Part shown: one piece after another, positions 39,799-49,144 of the stretch | How positions within the stretch are numbered: the first letter of the stretch is position 1 | Layout of the letters: each line of letters begins with the position of its first letter | Assembly: GCA_963745035.1 (NCBI GenBank) | Contig: CAVUVW010000014.1 | Location: 864,001 to 928,000, forward strand | Reading direction: 5' to 3' | Length of the DNA stretch: 64,000 nt | DNA from: an uncultured delta proteobacterium | Lineage (GTDB): Bacteria; Desulfobacterota; Binatia; UBA9968 | Notes under the pieces: model-generated | Databases searched by the model: none | What the model saw: only the letters and a program-made list of their open reading frames with translations | Told to the model about the DNA's origin: nothing | Translations under genes and position numbers: made by a program

Positions 39799-40773
39799 AT
39801 GAAAGCAACGCTTGTTGCTCTCTTGGCGATGCTCCTTCACACAGCAAACGTCGAAGCTGCCGACAAGATGACCGTTGCCTATGCAACCCTAGGTCCGGCA
39901 TTGAGTCCGGGCTGGGTGACTTCGGAAAAGCGCATCTGGCAAAAGCATGGGCTGGACGTTGATCTGGTCTATCTCGGCGGCGGGGCGCGCTCCGTTCCGG
40001 CGCTTTTATCGAACAGCATTCAACTCTTTTTCGGCTCTGACACGGCAGCTTATGTCGCTGCCATTCAAGGCGCTAAGGTCGTGAAGCTCGGCGTTACCAT
40101 GAATACGCTTGGCTACTTTCTGATGACGGCGCCGGAGATTCGGTCGATCGCCGATCTCAAAGGAAAGGTATTGGGCATCGGGCTCGGACGCGATCTGCCT
40201 TACGCCCACTTGACGAAAATTCTTCGAGACAACGGCATCGATCCCAAGACGGATGTGAAAATTCTACCGCTTGGCGGCGGTCCCGGCGGATACATCGCGG
40301 CGCTAAAAGCTGGACGAATACAAGCATCGCTCATCATACCGCCGAATCACCTGGTCGCGGAAAAGGCCGGCCTGAAAGCGCTCACGAAAATCGATGTGCC
40401 GACCCTCGCCGGCGGGCTGAACACCACCCAGCCGTTGCTGGAAAAAAACCGGGACATGTTCCTGCGGTTTGTCAAAGGTTACCTCGAAGGCATTCATTTC
40501 ATGATCCGCAACAAGGAAGACAGCCTCAAGGTGTTCGCTAAGTACCTGCAAAATTCCGATCCCGCCGTGAACAACTATCTCTACGACGACATTACCGGCA
40601 GGATCGAAAAAGATCTGCGGCCGAGCAGCGAGGCGATTCGCTATATGCTCGATCTCATCGTGCTCGATCATCCGCAAGCGCAGCGCGTCACCGACAAAGA
40701 CTACTGGGATCTAAGCCTGCTCGACGACATCCGCCGCTCGGGGTTTATCGCTCAACTGCAAAAGGGCCACTAA
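39799..40773 (+). CDS. ABC solute-binding protein (NMT1/SsuA-like)
   Basis: Signal peptide, KHGLDVDLV, DLKGKVLGI, DLSLLDDIRRSG tail. Confidence 0.88.
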   Translation: MKATLVALLAMLLHTANVEAADKMTVAYATLGPALSPGWVTSEKRIWQKHGLDVDLVYLGGGARSVPALLSNSIQLFFGSDTAAYVAAIQGAKVVKLGVTMNTLGYFLMTAPEIRSIADLKGKVLGIGLGRDLPYAHLTKILRDNGIDPKTDVKILPLGGGPGGYIAALKAGRIQASLIIPPNHLVAEKAGLKALTKIDVPTLAGGLNTTQPLLEKNRDMFLRFVKGYLEGIHFMIRNKEDSLKVFAKYLQNSDPAVNNYLYDDITGRIEKDLRPSSEAIRYMLDLIVLDHPQAQRVTDKDYWDLSLLDDIRRSGFIAQLQKGH

Positions 40774-40865
40774 GAGATGGGCCGCGAAGCCGATGTGCGA
40801 TGGCACACGTTCTTGAGACCCGCTGGCTTTTTCTTCGCGGCGTCGCCGATACTTGAGGAGGAAGA

Positions 40866-43034
40866 ATGAGACCTGCAAATGCGTTGTGCTTGGGTGTCGC
40901 CATTATCACGGTTGCCGTGCTTCTGGTGATGTCGTCGAATCGTCTCGGCAGCCAACAGAGGATGCCCGTGCGGATCGACAGCGATGACATCGGCGGCGTG
41001 GTGACGGGCGCCAACGGACCGGAAGCCGGAGCATGGGTGATCGCTGAGACGACCGATCTGCCGACCAAGTACGTCAAGATCGTCGTCACCGACGACCAGG
41101 GGCGCTACGTCATTACCCGATCTGCCGAAGGCGAGTTACGCGGTTTGGGTGCGTGGCTACGGCCTGGTCGATTCGCCCAAAGTGAAAAGCACGCCGGGAA
41201 AAAATCTCGACCTCAAAGCAGTCGCGGCGCCGAATGAAGCTGCGGCGGCGGAATACTATCCGGCGATTTACTGGTACTCGATGCTCAAAATCCCCGATAA
41301 GAGCCTGTTTCCCGGAACCGGCGCGAAGGGCAACGGCATGGCGGAAAAACTGGGACATCAGGGCGAATGGCTGGACGTCGTCAAAACCAACGGCTGTATG
41401 TCATGCCACCAGCTCGGCAACAAAGCGACGCGAACGATGCCCAAAGAGTTCGGCGATCTAAAATCTTCCACCGACGCTTGGCAGCGGCGCATTCTTTCCG
41501 GCCAGGCGATGACTTCCATGGTCAATGCTGCCGCTAGGATCGATTCTACTCGAGCTATGGAACTGTTTGCCGACTGGACCGATCGGGTCGCTGCCGGCGA
41601 GTTGCCCAAATCAAAGCCATCGAGGCCGCAAGGTGTCGAGCGCAATATCGTCGTCACCGTGTGGGATTGGAGCAACGCCAAAGCGTATCTCCACGATGAA
41701 ATCGCCACCGACAAGCGCAAGCCGACGATCAACGCCAATGGGCCGATCTACGGCGCGACCGAGTTGAGCACGGATCTCGTGCCCGTGCTCGATCCCGTGC
41801 GCCATCGAGCGTGGGAAATCAAACATCCGGTGCGTGATCCGAATACCCCGTCGGCGCGAACCGACGCGCTCACGCCGTCGCCTTATCTGGGGCGCCGAGC
41901 CGATCTGGGACAGCCAATCCAATCAGCACAATCCCATGCTCGATGAAAAGGCGCGCGTGTGGTTTACCGCGCGGGTCCGGTCTCCGGACAATCCGGCGTT
42001 CTGCAAAAAAGGCTCGGATCATCCCTCCGCCAAAGTGTTTCCGCTCGAGCGCGCGAACCGCCATGTATCGATGTACGATCCAAAAGCCAAGAAGTTCACG
42101 CTGATCAGCACCTGCTTTTCGACGCATCATCTGGTCTTCGCCGAAGACGCCAACAACACCTTGTGGCTCAGCAGCGGCGGCGCGGCAAGCAACGTGGTCG
42201 GTTGGATCAATCGGAAGATGTTCGAGGAGACAGGCGACGAAGTGAAGTCGCAAGGCTGGACGCCGTTCATCCTCGACACCAACGGCAACGGCAAACGCGA
42301 TGAATGGGTCGAACCGAAGGAACCGGTCGATCCGGCAAAGGACAAGCGTATCGTCGCGGGCCTCTACGGCATCGCCGTGAGCCCGGTCGACGGTTCGATC
42401 TGGGGATCGATGTTGGGATTTCCCAGCAGCATCGTGCGGGTCGTACCCGGCCCTAATCCAAGCGAGACCGCGTTGTCCGAGGTCTACGAAGTCCCGCTTG
42501 AGATGGGTGGATTCGGCATTCGCGGCAACGACATCGATCGCAACGGCGTCGTCTGGTCGTCGCTTTCGAGCGGCCATCTGGCAAGCTTCGACCGGCGCAA
42601 ATGCAAAGCGACCGCTTAACGGGCCCAAGGCCACGGGCAAGCACTGCCCCGAAGGCTGGACGCTTTACCAGTTCCCGGGACCGCAGTTTGAAAATCTTTC
42701 CGAGCCCGGCAGCGTCGAGTCGAGCTACTATACCTGGGTCGATCAGTTCGACACTTTCGGCTTGGGCAAGGACGTTCCGATCGCCACCGGCAATTTGAAC
42801 GATTCCTTGCTCGCGTTGGTCGATGGAAAGTTCGTCAACCTCCGCGTGCCGTATCCTCTCGGGTTTTACGCCAAGTGGCTGGATGGCCGCATCGACAATC
42901 CCAAAACGGGCTGGAAGGGCAAGGGCCTGTGGTCGACCACCGGCACGCGCACGCCGTTTCACATGGAAGGCGGCAAGGGCACGAAACCCAAAGTAGTGAA
43001 GTTCCAGCTGCGGCCCGATCCGTTGGCGAAGTGA
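40866..43034 (+). CDS. Secreted carboxypeptidase-regulatory-like domain / mono-heme c / beta-propeller protein, paralogue 1 (frameshifts near 41115, 41887, 42610)
   Basis: Four consecutive ORF pieces are colinear with 43342-45510. CMSCHQLG heme motif. Confidence 0.85.
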
Positions 43035-43063
43035 TGGGAACGCAGACAGTGTGGTCGAAGCAC

Positions 43064-43096
43064 TAGTCGTGGTAAAAACCGACGACTAAACTTTTT
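43064..43096 (+). terminator. Putative intrinsic terminator
   Basis: TAGTCGT-GGT-AAAA-ACC-G-ACGACTA hairpin followed by AACTTTTT. Confidence 0.5.
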
Positions 43097-43341
43097 GAAA
43101 ACGAATGTCGAAATCCGGCGTGGGGCGAAGTTATTATGTTCTGCCTACTCGCTTCGAACTTCGCCAATTCAGTCAGTGACATGATGGCAAACTACCCGCC
43201 CATCGATCACTGGGATATCGCAGTATGAAATTTATCGAATGACGATGCCACTGGATCATCGTTGAGTGCTCGGCTCCGCTGTTTGCAGCACTGCCGGTAT
43301 TCAGTAGTTCCTGTGGTGAGCTAGCGAGGAAGCAGCGTGTC

Positions 43342-45510
43342 ATGAAAAGGATCAAACCGGATTATTGCCTGTTGGTCGTCCTCGCGATTTTCTTGTTTGT
43401 GTCACCGGCTCGTTTGAGCAGCCAGCAAAACGCCGCCAGCGTCCGCATCGACGGCGACGACATTGGCGGTGTGGTCATCGGCTCTAATGGAGCCGAAGCG
43501 GGCGTCTGGGTCATTGCCGAAACGACCGAGCTTCCGACCAAGTACGCCAAGATAGTCGTAACCGACGACCGTGGACGCTACGTCCTCCCCGATCTTCCTA
43601 AAGCCAATTACAATATATGGGTGCGCGGTTACGGACTCGTTGATTCGCCGAAAGTTCGGAGCGCTCCAGGAAAGATTCTCAACCTCAAAGCTGTCGTCGC
43701 TCCGAACGAAGCCGCGGCGGCGGAATACTATCCGGCGATTTACTGGTATTCGATGTTGAAGATTCCGGAAAAAAGCGAATTTCCTCTGGGCAAAGCTCAG
43801 ACTCAGGGGCATTGGTTGGCCGGCGTCAAGACCCATGGCTGCATCTCGTGCCATCAGCTAGGCAACAAATCCACGCGCGTTATTTCGAAAGAATTAGGCG
43901 AATTCAAATCGTCTCTAGAGGCGTGGCAGCGCCGCGTCCTTTCCGGACAGGCGAGCGAAGTCATGATGCGCAACTTGAACGACGTCGAGCCTAAGCGCGC
44001 GCTGGCATTGTTTGCCGAATGGACCGATCGGATCGCTGCCGGCGAATTACCCAAGACCAAGCCTGCACGGCCGCAAGGCATCGAGCGCAACCTCGTCATC
44101 ACTCTATGGGACTGGGCCACGGGCAAGGCTTACCTGCACGATGAGATCGCGAGCGACAAGCGTAATCCAACGGTCAATGCCAATGGTTTGCTCTACGGTT
44201 CTCCGGAGGACAGCACGGACTTTATGCCGATGCTCGACCCGGTTCGCAACAAAGCGACCGAAGTTAAGGTGCCGGTACGCGATCCGAATACGCCGGACAC
44301 GATGTTTATCGCGCAGGGAAATACCCTGATGCTGGCGCCTTCGCCATTCTGGGGCACGGAGCGTGTGTGGCAGAGTCAGGCGTCGGTTCACAATCCGATG
44401 TTCGACGAGAAAGGTCGGGTGTGGCTTACCTCGAGAATTCGTCCGCCACAAAATCCGGCGTTTTGCAGGAAAGGCTCCGATCATCCGTCGGCAAAACTTT
44501 TCCCGATCGAAAGAGCTGGACGACATCTTTCAGTGTACGAGCCGAAGACCCAGAAATTTACGCTTATCGATACCTGCTTCAGCACGCACCATTTGATTTT
44601 TGCCGAAGACGCCAACAACACGCTCTGGCTCAGCAACGGCGGCTCGGCCGGCAACGTGCTCGGCTGGTTGAATACGAAAATGTTCGACGCCACCGGTGAC
44701 GAGCAAAAATCTCAAGGCTGGACGGCATTCATCCTCGACACCAATGGCAATGGCCGGCGCGACGAATATGTCGAGCCTGATCAACCGCTCGACCCGACGA
44801 AGGACAAACGGATCGTAGCGGGCTACTACGGTATCGGCTTCAACCCGATAGACGGATCGATCTGGGGTTCCGTGCTGAGTTTTCCCGGCGCTGTCGTGCG
44901 CGTGAGTCCGGGCGACAATCCGCCGGCATCGGCGTTGACGGAAATTTTTGAAGTGCCGTGGAACGAGCCCAAAGCGACGGTGAACGGCTACGGCCCCCGC
45001 GGTATGGACATCGATCGAAACGGTGTCGTCTGGGTGCCGCTCGCCAGCGGCCATCTGGCGAGCTTCGACCGCCGGAAATGTAAAGGGCCTCTTAACGGTC
45101 CGGCCGCGACAGGAAAACATTGTCCCGAAGGTTGGACGCTCTATCCATTTCCCGGTCCGCAGTTCGACAGTGTGTCGGATTCGGGCAGCGCGCAGGCAAG
45201 CTACTACACTTGGGTGGATCAGCACGACACCTTCGGCTTGGGGCGCAACGTGCCATTCGCCACGGGCAATCTCGCCGATTCATTGGAAGCGTTCGTCGCC
45301 GGAAAGTTTGTCAGTCTTCGGGTTCCTTACCCGATGGGATTCCATGCAAAAGGCATGGACGGGCGGATCGATAATCCAAAGAGCGGTTGGAAGGGCAAGG
45401 GAGTGTGGTCCGCCTATGCCGGTAGAGCGACCAATCATATCGAAGGCGGCAAGGGCACGAAACCAAAAGTGATAAAGTTTCAGTTACGCCCGAATCCGTT
45501 GGCGAAGTAG
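43342..45510 (+). CDS. Secreted carboxypeptidase-regulatory-like domain / mono-heme c / beta-propeller protein, paralogue 2
   Basis: Signal peptide; VVTDDRGRYVLPDLP..Y.IWVRGYG; CISCHQLG; propeller blades (DEKGRVWL, DRNGVVWV); DTNGNGRRD Ca-loop. Confidence 0.88.
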   Translation: MKRIKPDYCLLVVLAIFLFVSPARLSSQQNAASVRIDGDDIGGVVIGSNGAEAGVWVIAETTELPTKYAKIVVTDDRGRYVLPDLPKANYNIWVRGYGLVDSPKVRSAPGKILNLKAVVAPNEAAAAEYYPAIYWYSMLKIPEKSEFPLGKAQTQGHWLAGVKTHGCISCHQLGNKSTRVISKELGEFKSSLEAWQRRVLSGQASEVMMRNLNDVEPKRALALFAEWTDRIAAGELPKTKPARPQGIERNLVITLWDWATGKAYLHDEIASDKRNPTVNANGLLYGSPEDSTDFMPMLDPVRNKATEVKVPVRDPNTPDTMFIAQGNTLMLAPSPFWGTERVWQSQASVHNPMFDEKGRVWLTSRIRPPQNPAFCRKGSDHPSAKLFPIERAGRHLSVYEPKTQKFTLIDTCFSTHHLIFAEDANNTLWLSNGGSAGNVLGWLNTKMFDATGDEQKSQGWTAFILDTNGNGRRDEYVEPDQPLDPTKDKRIVAGYYGIGFNPIDGSIWGSVLSFPGAVVRVSPGDNPPASALTEIFEVPWNEPKATVNGYGPRGMDIDRNGVVWVPLASGHLASFDRRKCKGPLNGPAATGKHCPEGWTLYPFPGPQFDSVSDSGSAQASYYTWVDQHDTFGLGRNVPFATGNLADSLEAFVAGKFVSLRVPYPMGFHAKGMDGRIDNPKSGWKGKGVWSAYAGRATNHIEGGKGTKPKVIKFQLRPNPLAK

Positions 45511-45581
45511 TACGATAGCTTATCTCGCCAATCTTAAATTCGCGGCGTCGCAACCGACGCGGGAATTAGGGTGGGAGGTTT

Positions 45582-46337
45582 ATGAAACATATTGAATTCA
45601 CGATGCCATTAAATCATCAGTGGATGCCGGACGAGATATTGCCGACCTCTGTCAAATTTTTTCTCGGGCCGAAGAACCATCAGGAAAAGGGCATGGTTAT
45701 TGGCAGTGATTCGGGCACCTGCCTGACGCTGCCTTCTGTGTTCGAAGCTTTTCGCAAAACCGCGCGGCTCGATGAGGTGCCTGTCGATAAAATGGTTTTA
45801 CGGCCTGCCGCTGTGCTCGCTGTCGCCAAGAGCGAGGGAGAAGAAATAACCAAGGCCGACGTGCAGAGGGCGTTCGAGGCGGCGCGACCGGCGAAAGGGG
45901 ACGCGATCCTGATTGCGACCGGTTGGGGCGACAAGCCCTGCGGTGAGTCGTACGTCCTCGGCAGTCCGCATCTCACGCTGGAAGCGGCGCAATATTTGGC
46001 GCCGCGCATGAACGAGAATCAAAATGACTTGCTGTTGACGGACACGGCGCTCGTCGGCTGGCCGGACAAACATCTCATGCCGGAGTGGTGCTCTTTTCTG
46101 CCGCCGCCGGCGGCCGAATCCGCCGAGGCGCGCATGTATTTGCATCTTTACGATGGCGAAAAAGCGAAAAAGGATTTTGCCGTCGAGATCGAATTTGCCC
46201 GAGCTGGAATCATGACGGTGCGGAAGTTGGTTCACTGCGGGCAGATTCAGAAAGACAGGATCAAAATTATCGTGTCGCCGTTGAAAGTTGTGCGCGGGGT
46301 TGCTTCAACGTGCAGAGTCGTAGCTTTGGAGGACTGA
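45582..46337 (+). CDS. Divergent cyclase (KynB-fold) family protein A
   Basis: IEFTMPL, LDEVPVDKMV, GDAILIATGW, PHLTLEAAQYL, PLKV..G.ASTCRVVA. Confidence 0.82.
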   Translation: MKHIEFTMPLNHQWMPDEILPTSVKFFLGPKNHQEKGMVIGSDSGTCLTLPSVFEAFRKTARLDEVPVDKMVLRPAAVLAVAKSEGEEITKADVQRAFEAARPAKGDAILIATGWGDKPCGESYVLGSPHLTLEAAQYLAPRMNENQNDLLLTDTALVGWPDKHLMPEWCSFLPPPAAESAEARMYLHLYDGEKAKKDFAVEIEFARAGIMTVRKLVHCGQIQKDRIKIIVSPLKVVRGVASTCRVVALED

Positions 46338-46338
46338 G

Positions 46339-47169
46339 ATGAGACTGATCGATTTGACGATGCCGATTTGGGAAGGCGCGGGTTACGGTGAGATTTTGCC
46401 TTTCACAAATTCTTCCGGTGCGATTGCACGAATACATGTACTACGACAAACACGGCATGCGCATGACGCGCATGAAGCTCGATGGCGAGACTGGCAGTCC
46501 GTTCATGGTGCCGCATCAACGCAACCCTTCGATCCGACGCCGCTACAACCCGATCCGAAGTTTTCATGGCTGCTCGACGAAATACCGCTCGAAAAACTTA
46601 TTCTGAGAGACACGGTGATTCTCGACATCAGAGTTCCGGAGGCGCACGAGATCACGCCCGACGAGATGGAGACGGCTATTAAACAAGCCGACTACCGAGA
46701 AGGCGACGAGGTGCTGCTCCGGACAGGTTGGGGCACGCGCGAGCGCGCCTACGAGCTTGGCATCGACTACTACAAGAGAACTCCGAGCATCCACTTCGAT
46801 GCCGCGGCGCTATTGGCGAAAAAAATGGACGGGATGGGGAGCTCGCTGTTCATGACCGATTGCGGCCTGGTGAATCCTCCGAGAGTGCAGGGCAATAACT
46901 GGTTTCGCGGTGACAAGCCGTTGGTGCCGCATCCAAAGCCGTGGCCGTCGGCTGAAGCGCGCGAGAGAGTGATCGATTTGGGCGCGCACCGGCACGGCAG
47001 CCCGCATCCGAGCAGCTACGGCGCTCTCATCAAAAAAGCGATGGCTGGCTGCAAGTGCCTGGTCGATTGCGACGAGATTTCGCAGCCGCGTGTGAAGATG
47101 ATTGTGTTGCCTCTGCTGATCAAAAAAGGGGGAGCTTCCCCTTGCCGCTTCATAGCGGTAGAGGAGTAG
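46339..47169 (+). CDS. Divergent cyclase (KynB-fold) family protein B (compensating frameshifts near 46410 and 46523)
   Basis: MRLIDLTMPI, LDEIPLEKL, GDEVLLRTGW, LPLLIKKGGASPCRFIA. The true middle segment (PVRLHEY...DGETGSPFMVPH) is in the alternate frame. Confidence 0.82.
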   Translation: MRLIDLTMPIWEGAGYGEILPFTNSSGAIARIHVLRQTRHAHDAHEARWRDWQSVHGAASTQPFDPTPLQPDPKFSWLLDEIPLEKLILRDTVILDIRVPEAHEITPDEMETAIKQADYREGDEVLLRTGWGTRERAYELGIDYYKRTPSIHFDAAALLAKKMDGMGSSLFMTDCGLVNPPRVQGNNWFRGDKPLVPHPKPWPSAEARERVIDLGAHRHGSPHPSSYGALIKKAMAGCKCLVDCDEISQPRVKMIVLPLLIKKGGASPCRFIAVEE

Positions 47170-47235
47170 TTCTCTCAAAGGCAGGATGGAAAGCGCCGCC
47201 TGGCGAGCCACGCGGCGCCTCATTTTCTGACTGAC

Positions 47236-47601
47236 TCAACTTTTGTTTGAATTTTCCACGTCTGCTCGCACCGGCCGCACGCCGAAGGGCTCGGAGCGAT
47301 TGCCGAACAGCACCAGGGTGGAGGGGCCCACACTGGTGAGCTGGTAGTATTCCTTCGCAGGTAAAAACACGATGTCGTTTTTCTCCAGCACCCTTTCGTG
47401 TCCGTCGATGCTCTTGACCGAGCACTTGCCGTCGATGACGAGAAAAGTTTCCGGCGACTGATGATAATGCATCGGCGTGCCGTCGCCCGGCTCGAAGTAG
47501 AGCATCCATGAGCGAAAATTATCGGTGCCGAAGAGTTGCACGTTTCTGAGCTTTTCCCGGCCTGCTTCGTCGATCTTTTTGCTCAAGCTGACAAACTCCA
47601 T
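47236..47601 (-). CDS. Cupin domain protein
   Basis: PGDGTPMHYHQSPETFLVIDG. RBS GGAGG. Confidence 0.85.
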   Translation of the reverse strand: MEFVSLSKKIDEAGREKLRNVQLFGTDNFRSWMLYFEPGDGTPMHYHQSPETFLVIDGKCSVKSIDGHERVLEKNDIVFLPAKEYYQLTSVGPSTLVLFGNRSEPFGVRPVRADVENSNKS

Positions 47602-47804
47602 GTCGCCTCCTGCGCGGCTGATTTGCCCTCCAAACTAGGCAGCCAAGATCGCGTTGTCAATCGCGCAAGTGGGGGCAGGCTGCCCCGATCAAACGTTTAT
47701 CGCGCCGCACATTTCCAGTTCAGTAGGTAATTTTTTACCCTTCGCAATAGCGATCGTCGAAGTGAAACAATCGGGAAATCAGGCAATTCCCGTTTTTTTT
47801 CGCG

Positions 47805-47820
47805 TGGCATGTGGGTTGCT
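47805..47820 (+). promoter_or_regulatory. Sigma-54 promoter
   Basis: TGGCATGTGGGTTGCT, 50 bp before ATG 47871. Confidence 0.75.
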
Positions 47821-47870
47821 GTAGCATGCGGTGACGAAATGGGCCGCAGATAACGGTAAAGGAGTTCAAA

Positions 47871-48464
47871 ATGAAGACTGTCAAAATCACGATCTTGGGA
47901 GCGTTTTTAACCACAGCGCTACTCACGCCAGTAATCCCTGCAGCGGCAAAGGACGACCATCATTTTCGGGTTCCTCCCGGCCATATGCCGTCAGCGGGCA
48001 AATGCCGCATTTGGTATCCGGACACACCGCCGGGCCGTCAACCCCCGTCGGGCGACTGCCGGACTCTCAGCCGGCAAGTTCCGGACGGAGCTTACCTCAT
48101 CGGCCATGACCGGAGATGGCGCTACGACGAGCTGCGCGACCGGCGGTTTCGCCATGCCGATTTCGACGGCCACCGATACAACGGTCGCAAGGAAAGATAT
48201 CAGGAAATTCGCGAGCTGCGCTCAGCGCAGCACGATGTTCGCGGCGATCGCGCCCAGCTACAAAAAGACTACGCCGAGCTGCAAAGAGATCGTGCGGAGT
48301 TGAGAGAAGATATTCGTGAGGGCGCGAGCCGCAAGGAAATCGCTCAAGGCCGCCGCGAGATCCGCCAAGATCAGAAAAAAATCGCGCAGAGCAAAAAAGA
48401 GCTGCAGCGCAGCGAGAACAGGCTCGAGGCCGCCCGCGAAGACCTCAGAGATCATCGCCGCTAG
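47871..48464 (+). CDS. Secreted protein with a PPGH/Cys domain and charged coiled-coil repeats
   Basis: RBS AAGGAG, signal peptide, VPPGHMPSAGKCRIWYPDTPPGRQPPSGDC, heptad repeats (LQRDRAE, IRQDQKK). Confidence 0.8.
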   Translation: MKTVKITILGAFLTTALLTPVIPAAAKDDHHFRVPPGHMPSAGKCRIWYPDTPPGRQPPSGDCRTLSRQVPDGAYLIGHDRRWRYDELRDRRFRHADFDGHRYNGRKERYQEIRELRSAQHDVRGDRAQLQKDYAELQRDRAELREDIREGASRKEIAQGRREIRQDQKKIAQSKKELQRSENRLEAAREDLRDHRR

Positions 48465-48483
48465 AGCCATCGCATCGGAGAAC

Positions 48484-48526
48484 AGCGGCCTGGGCAGTCT
48501 TCGGACGGCTCAGGCCGCTTTTTTTT
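48484..48526 (+). terminator. Intrinsic terminator
   Basis: AGCGGCCTG...GTC-TTCG-GAC...CAGGCCGCT followed by a T-run. Confidence 0.88.
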
Positions 48527-48716
48527 GTACGATTGCCGGATCGTAGCATCAGCGCATCACAGTAATCCCACGTTACTGATTGCGTTGCAGCATAAGCGCC
48601 CATCACAGCATGCGCTCCATCGCCGGCGGTTTGTTCTTTTCCGATTGCATTGTGTGCGCGACCGCATGGTATTGTACCGATGCGGTACATTTGCGTTCAG
48701 AGAGCGGAGGTGTTCC

Positions 48717-49028
48717 ATGGTCATATTGCACGTCACCGTTCAGGTGAAGCCCGAGCATGCGCGGGAATTTCTCGAAGCCGTGCGCCACGATGCGGAGCAT
48801 TCGGAGAGAGACGAACCCGGTTGTCTCCGCTTCGACGTGGTTCAGGACCGTGACGACGCCAACCGGTTTTACTACTACGAAGTCTACAAGGACGAGGCGG
48901 CTCTGGAAGCGCATCGTCAAACGCCGCACTTCAAACTCTACGCCGAGAAGACCGCGCCGTGGCTGGCAGCGCCGCCGGAGCGGCGCTTCGGCAAGAACCT
49001 GATTCCTGCCGACTCGGAATGGCGCTGA
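48717..49028 (+). CDS. Antibiotic biosynthesis monooxygenase family protein (LsrG/YgiN-like)
   Basis: EPGCLRFDV, YEVYKDEAALEAHRQTPHF. RBS GGAGG. Confidence 0.9.
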   Translation: MVILHVTVQVKPEHAREFLEAVRHDAEHSERDEPGCLRFDVVQDRDDANRFYYYEVYKDEAALEAHRQTPHFKLYAEKTAPWLAAPPERRFGKNLIPADSEWR

Positions 49029-49144
49029 GCGCGTTCGTCCTCAAACGTTCTTGCCTCGACATAAAGGAAATCGTATGGTACCGCGCCGAGCGCGATGGGC
49101 GCGTGGGCGCATCCAATTTCCGATCGATCTTGACCGGAGGAACC

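Noticed and set aside
43100-43340. Riboswitch in the 300-bp gap between the heme-propeller paralogues
   Set aside because: A GGCAAAC is present, but the remaining c-di-GMP-I elements are not, and no other aptamer consensus was seen.
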